Positions 51,963 to 55,582 of a stretch of 55,582 bases of DNA are shown here, in pieces. Source of the stretch: Corallochytrium limacisporum Hawaii (Eukaryota; Protista; Pluriformea); contig PDIP01000261.1 in assembly GCA_002811645.1 (NCBI GenBank), positions 1 through 55,582 of the forward strand, read 5' to 3'. How positions within the stretch are numbered: position 1 is the first letter of the stretch; every line of letters starts with the position of its first letter. Below the pieces are notes generated by a model, which was given only the letters and a program-made list of their open reading frames with translations, had not been told where the DNA came from and searched no databases. The position numbers and the translations under genes are program-made.

Positions 51963-54272
51963 TCACAGAGCATTGAAGTGACGCAATTGCAGGCGCAGCT
52001 GACTGACCTCGCGCCCAATGTCTTCCAATCGCCGCTCCATTGAAGCCTTCTCATCACGCTCTCTACGGCTACGGCCGTGGCCTGGTGGCATCTTGGCGTA
52101 CAGTGCATTCAGCGTGTCTCGCTCTTGGCACAGAGCTGTGAGGCGGCCATTGATCCGCGCAGTGATAGCTAGGACGTCCTTGATGTTTCCCTCCGTGAGT
52201 TCCACGGCCGGGAGCACTGTCTCGCGGGCCACCTGGCGCAGTGTCTGTTGACTCGACGACGACATGCTACCGTAGGACGGGGCTGGGACGAGCGGAGCGG
52301 TACGTTCCCCACTGCCCATGCCAGCAGACCCAGCGGCGCTCGCACCTGCGGGATTAGCTGGCGTCACTGCAGCGAGGCGTGACCGTTCGGAGGGCAGCGC
52401 CTGGTCAGCAGCCGCACGGTAAGTTGTCATGCGCTGAATGTTTGGTTTAACTGCAGTACCATCAGTGTTTGCAGCAGCGATTGCTGAGCTTGGAGAGTCC
52501 TGAGTCGGCGGCCAATGTGAGTAATTCGCCGAGAGCGGCTCATAGCCGACTGTCAGATCCGACCGCAGTGTTGCGTTCTCGGCCCGGAGAGTGCGGTTCT
52601 CTTCGTCGAGGACTCGAAGCTGTGTTCGCAGAGAGTCGACAGCCGTCACGGTTGCCTTCTCGCGCTCTTCGGCACTGCGAGCGGACTCCTGGAGCTGGGT
52701 CACGCGATCTCGGAGCGCTTCTATTACAAAGTCTTTCTCGCGCAGGTCCCTCTCTGCTCGCGTCCTGGCCGCATTCTCGCGCTGGCTCAGTTCCGCAACC
52801 TTAACCTTGAGCGCATCATGGGTCTCATCAAGTTCGGCACGCAATTTGATCACCTCTCGGCGTAAGAGGTCGTTTTCATCAATGATCTGCCTTGCAAGGA
52901 TGTTCTCCTGGTTGCGCTGCTTTCGCAGGCCTTGTTCACAGTCGCGAATCTGCTGTTCCGTGCGCTTGGCCTCGGTCAGGGCGTCACGCAGACTAATGGC
53001 CTGCTCCCGGAGCAAACTGATGACTTCCTCGTGTTTTTTGGAATGTCTACGCAGCTGTATACATTCGTGCCTCTTTTCTTCAAGCAACAGAGACAGAGAG
53101 TGGATTTGTGATTTCAATTCGGTCACAGCGGCCTCGGGGTCGTGGCTCGGGTCCACTGCAACTCCCTCTGGCTTTACAGAGGCCGAATTCGGCGAGGTGG
53201 AAGGTATCGGAAGTCCATGATTCTGTGCCCGTTCTCGAGCGATCGCCTCCCGCTCAACAGCAAGTTGCCGTTGTGCATCAGCCAGTTCCCTACGCAACTC
53301 CTGCCGTTCACGCTCGTAAAAATTTCGCACGTCGGCGAGATGCTGTGCGTGCTGGCTGCGCTCCTGCTGAAGAGCGTGATGGTTGCCCTTGGTTTCTCCA
53401 GAGATCATGGCAGTGGCGTTAGGGCTGCCAGACAGTTGGCGTATTGCTGAATCTGGCAAACTCCCGGGCGGTGGCGGTGGGGTATGTTCGATCGCCACCG
53501 CCGGTGAATTCAGTTGCTGATCAGCGCTCAAATTCTCGACCGCCACAGTCGGGATAAGCAGATCGGACTCATTTGGAGGTAGAGGAATACTCTCGGTCTC
53601 AACCTCCAATTCGTCTTCTATGTCGTCCTTGCCCTCTGCGGGACTAAACTCTGGCGTGCACTGCTGGTCTTCGGCTTGCTCTGGAGTATTCTGTGGCCCA
53701 ACCTCTTGCTCTGGAGTGGCCAACCGGTCTACTTCCTGCTCTGGTGTGCCCTGCCTCTCTACCTCTTGTTTTGGAGTGCCCTTCTGCTCTAGATCCGATG
53801 CTGGCGTGCTTGGCTCCTCATCTGCATCGTCCTCGTCGGAATGGGTCACGGGCAGCTGCTTGCTTCGAGGAGACTCTGCCCAGGTCTTGCGGTGCCCGCT
53901 GGCGGCGAGGGCAGCGGTCTTAGCAATGGGAGAGGGACTGACAGTCTGTAGGCTGGGCTTTTGCATGGAACGCTGCCACTGGTCATCGATTGTACGGTTG
54001 ACAAAATCCTGCAGAGGTGTACCGAATTGACGTAGCGGAGTTTCCGGAGGCGTACCCATCTGGCTTTCATCGAGTTTACCGCTGACATTTCTCATGGGAG
54101 AACCCATCTCTACGCACTCATTTTCCTTTGACGCCATTTTGAAAAGATGACGGCCCACTGAAGCATCTAAACTTCTTTGCAGCCGTTCCTTCTGGATATA
54201 CTTTAGATGTCCGTGGCCACTTTTTCTCGAATTGCAAGTATTGAAATTCTGCCAATGGCCAGAAGGATCCAT
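51963..54272 (-). CDS. MPHOSPH9-like centriolar coiled-coil protein; start could be 54137
   Basis: QHAQHLADVRNFYERE resembles MPP9 KHARHIADLRAYYESE. C-terminal ERDTLNALYAKMP.GHGR...MERRLEDIGREVSQLRLQLRHFNAL resembles EKDQIEAALSRMP.PGGR...LEDRLERINRELGSVRMTLKKFHVL. Long coiled coil. Confidence 0.65.
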   Translation of the reverse strand: MDPSGHWQNFNTCNSRKSGHGHLKYIQKERLQRSLDASVGRHLFKMASKENECVEMGSPMRNVSGKLDESQMGTPPETPLRQFGTPLQDFVNRTIDDQWQRSMQKPSLQTVSPSPIAKTAALAASGHRKTWAESPRSKQLPVTHSDEDDADEEPSTPASDLEQKGTPKQEVERQGTPEQEVDRLATPEQEVGPQNTPEQAEDQQCTPEFSPAEGKDDIEDELEVETESIPLPPNESDLLIPTVAVENLSADQQLNSPAVAIEHTPPPPPGSLPDSAIRQLSGSPNATAMISGETKGNHHALQQERSQHAQHLADVRNFYERERQELRRELADAQRQLAVEREAIARERAQNHGLPIPSTSPNSASVKPEGVAVDPSHDPEAAVTELKSQIHSLSLLLEEKRHECIQLRRHSKKHEEVISLLREQAISLRDALTEAKRTEQQIRDCEQGLRKQRNQENILARQIIDENDLLRREVIKLRAELDETHDALKVKVAELSQRENAARTRAERDLREKDFVIEALRDRVTQLQESARSAEEREKATVTAVDSLRTQLRVLDEENRTLRAENATLRSDLTVGYEPLSANYSHWPPTQDSPSSAIAAANTDGTAVKPNIQRMTTYRAAADQALPSERSRLAAVTPANPAGASAAGSAGMGSGERTAPLVPAPSYGSMSSSSQQTLRQVARETVLPAVELTEGNIKDVLAITARINGRLTALCQERDTLNALYAKMPPGHGRSRRERDEKASMERRLEDIGREVSQLRLQLRHFNAL
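53649..53790 (-). repeat. Five 30-nt coding repeats (xxxTP(E/K)QEVx) in the MPHOSPH9-like protein
   Basis: QKGTPKQEVE RQGTPEQEVD RLATPEQEVG PQNTPEQAED QQCTPEF. Confidence 0.85.
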
Positions 54273-54869
54273 TGAGAACTACCTGCGCCCCTGAATGTGA
54301 TCATAAACTAACGGTAGCGCGGCCGAAAGAACCGAAACAGTGGCACTGAAACACGAAGTACATAGTCTCCCATCTACCGGCCCGTCCTTGCAAACCAACA
54401 GAGGGGGCCCGCTTCGAATGACCCACGTCCCCCGTTGGGCGCCAAAAATTCAGATCCGTGGACCCACCCCAAGCACCCACCCAAGCGGGAGTCCCCTTTT
54501 TCCCTCTGGCGGCCCCCCCTCCCGGGGGGGGGGGGCCGACGGGACGATGCTTGCGCGCGAGTGTTTCAGTATGTGCCGCTGCGGAGGGAAATTGACAACT
54601 CCGCGCCCCCTCCCCCCCTTCTCCGCTTCTGTCAATTTTTTAGCGACACCTGGCGGGTGGAGACGGAGAGACTTACAGTTTTGCACAGTTGGCCAGGTAC
54701 GCCACCCCCCCCCCCGGGGGGAGGGGAGGGGGAGAGGAGAGAGGCCCAAGTGAGAGAGAAAGGGAGCGGAAGAGCAGGAGAAAGGGAAAAACGGGAAAAA
54801 GTAGAGCCGTGAAAAGAGCCGGTCCTTGGGCTCTGTGTTTTCGCGCGCGATTTCTCTCACTATTTTCTA

Positions 54870-55582
54870 CCACCCTCTGTCTCATAATATTAGACCGAAT
54901 CTACTAACATTGATTTCATTCGAATCCAGACCGCAGTGGCGGGAAATTTTTTGCGCGTTCAAACTCAGCGTAGCCGACTCTATCCGTGATCCAATTCTCA
55001 GTCCAGTACACCTATTTATGTGTGATCTATCTCGAAATCTATGTTCATTTTGGACATGTTCGGGATCATCACAAGCCATCTCAAAAGTCTATGGACCGTT
55101 TTCTTGATTCGGGGCTAATTTGGGTACATGACCCCTTAAGCAAGCACTATGCCGAGTCTCACATTGCAGACCCCAAACGGGGCCGTTCAATCCAACATTA
55201 GAAAAGCACGAAGCAAAGATTTAAGTGAATCCAAGAAAGTCTGCATTATCAGTTATCTTAAGTCCGAAATGAGACACTACAGTGAACGAAACCATGATGA
55301 ATTTGGAACTCCTTTAGCGGTGACTACGAAACTACCACCTGGCATAACGGACGAAGTTGCAAAGAGAGCGAAGGTGTCCGCGAGATCTGTCCGACGGGTC
55401 TGGACAATATACAAGAAAGCGAAACAAGCCGATCCTGATTGCTCTACAGAAGACTTATTGGCTGGTAAGAAGCGGACAGGAAGGCGGCGGAAAGAAATAT
55501 CTTTGACACCGTTGAAGAGCAATGGTACTCCACATTCAGTTCGAGAAGCTGCCCGTATTCTGACGGAGCACAATCAGAGGAT
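54870..55582 (+). mobile_element. Left end of a Tc1/mariner-superfamily (plant DD39D/Stowaway-like) DNA transposon
   Basis: TA-CCACCCTCTGTCTCATAATATTAGAC resembles the Stowaway/Osmar TIR TA-CTCCCTCCGTYYCAWAAT. It is followed by a transposase-like ORF that runs off the window. Confidence 0.6.
55149..55582 (+). CDS. Mariner-like transposase N-terminus (HTH region), truncated by the window end
   Basis: Manual translation: MPSLTLQ...KDLSESKKVCIISYL...KLPPGITDEVAKRAKVSARSVRRVWTIYKK...GKKRTGRRRK...SVREAARIL. Open to the window end. Confidence 0.65.
   Translation, partial: MPSLTLQTPNGAVQSNIRKARSKDLSESKKVCIISYLKSEMRHYSERNHDEFGTPLAVTTKLPPGITDEVAKRAKVSARSVRRVWTIYKKAKQADPDCSTEDLLAGKKRTGRRRKEISLTPLKSNGTPHSVREAARILTEHNQR

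Overview
A gene-dense eukaryotic nuclear segment (one N-gap at 1477-1535) with about 26 protein-coding genes. Every recognisable gene is a single uninterrupted ORF, including RUVBL1 and a 4-kb phospholipase D, so no introns are evident. The content mixes core eukaryotic genes (RUVBL1, LTV1, SRD5A3/DFG10, mL41, ACF1/Itc1-like, DNAJC11, SLC30A9, SMAP-type ArfGAP, PLD, NRK), genes usually thought of as animal-type (ECSIT, a PRAS40/AKT1S1-like protein, an MPHOSPH9-like protein, a Par3/HAL-type N-terminal domain), fungal/protist-type architectures (U-box-VWA-Vint Hint protein, TM-ZZ-EF-hand protein, NDYRG-type SET protein) and bacterial-like enzymes (GH13 amylase, crotonase, Rid protein). This fits an intron-poor unicellular holozoan such as Corallochytrium (inference only). 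The most notable items are: a Par3/HAL-like domain fused to a DET1-like histidine phosphatase; a PRAS40-like TORC1 regulator; a PLD whose PX-PH region is replaced by five MPRIP/PEAK1-type Cys/His repeats; an AlkB-fold protein lacking its iron ligands; a Hint-domain U-box protein; a decayed kinesin-like gene; and, at the right edge, a plant-type mariner transposase start with a Stowaway-like TIR that the ORF track missed. All family assignments come from motif recognition by eye, not from database searches.
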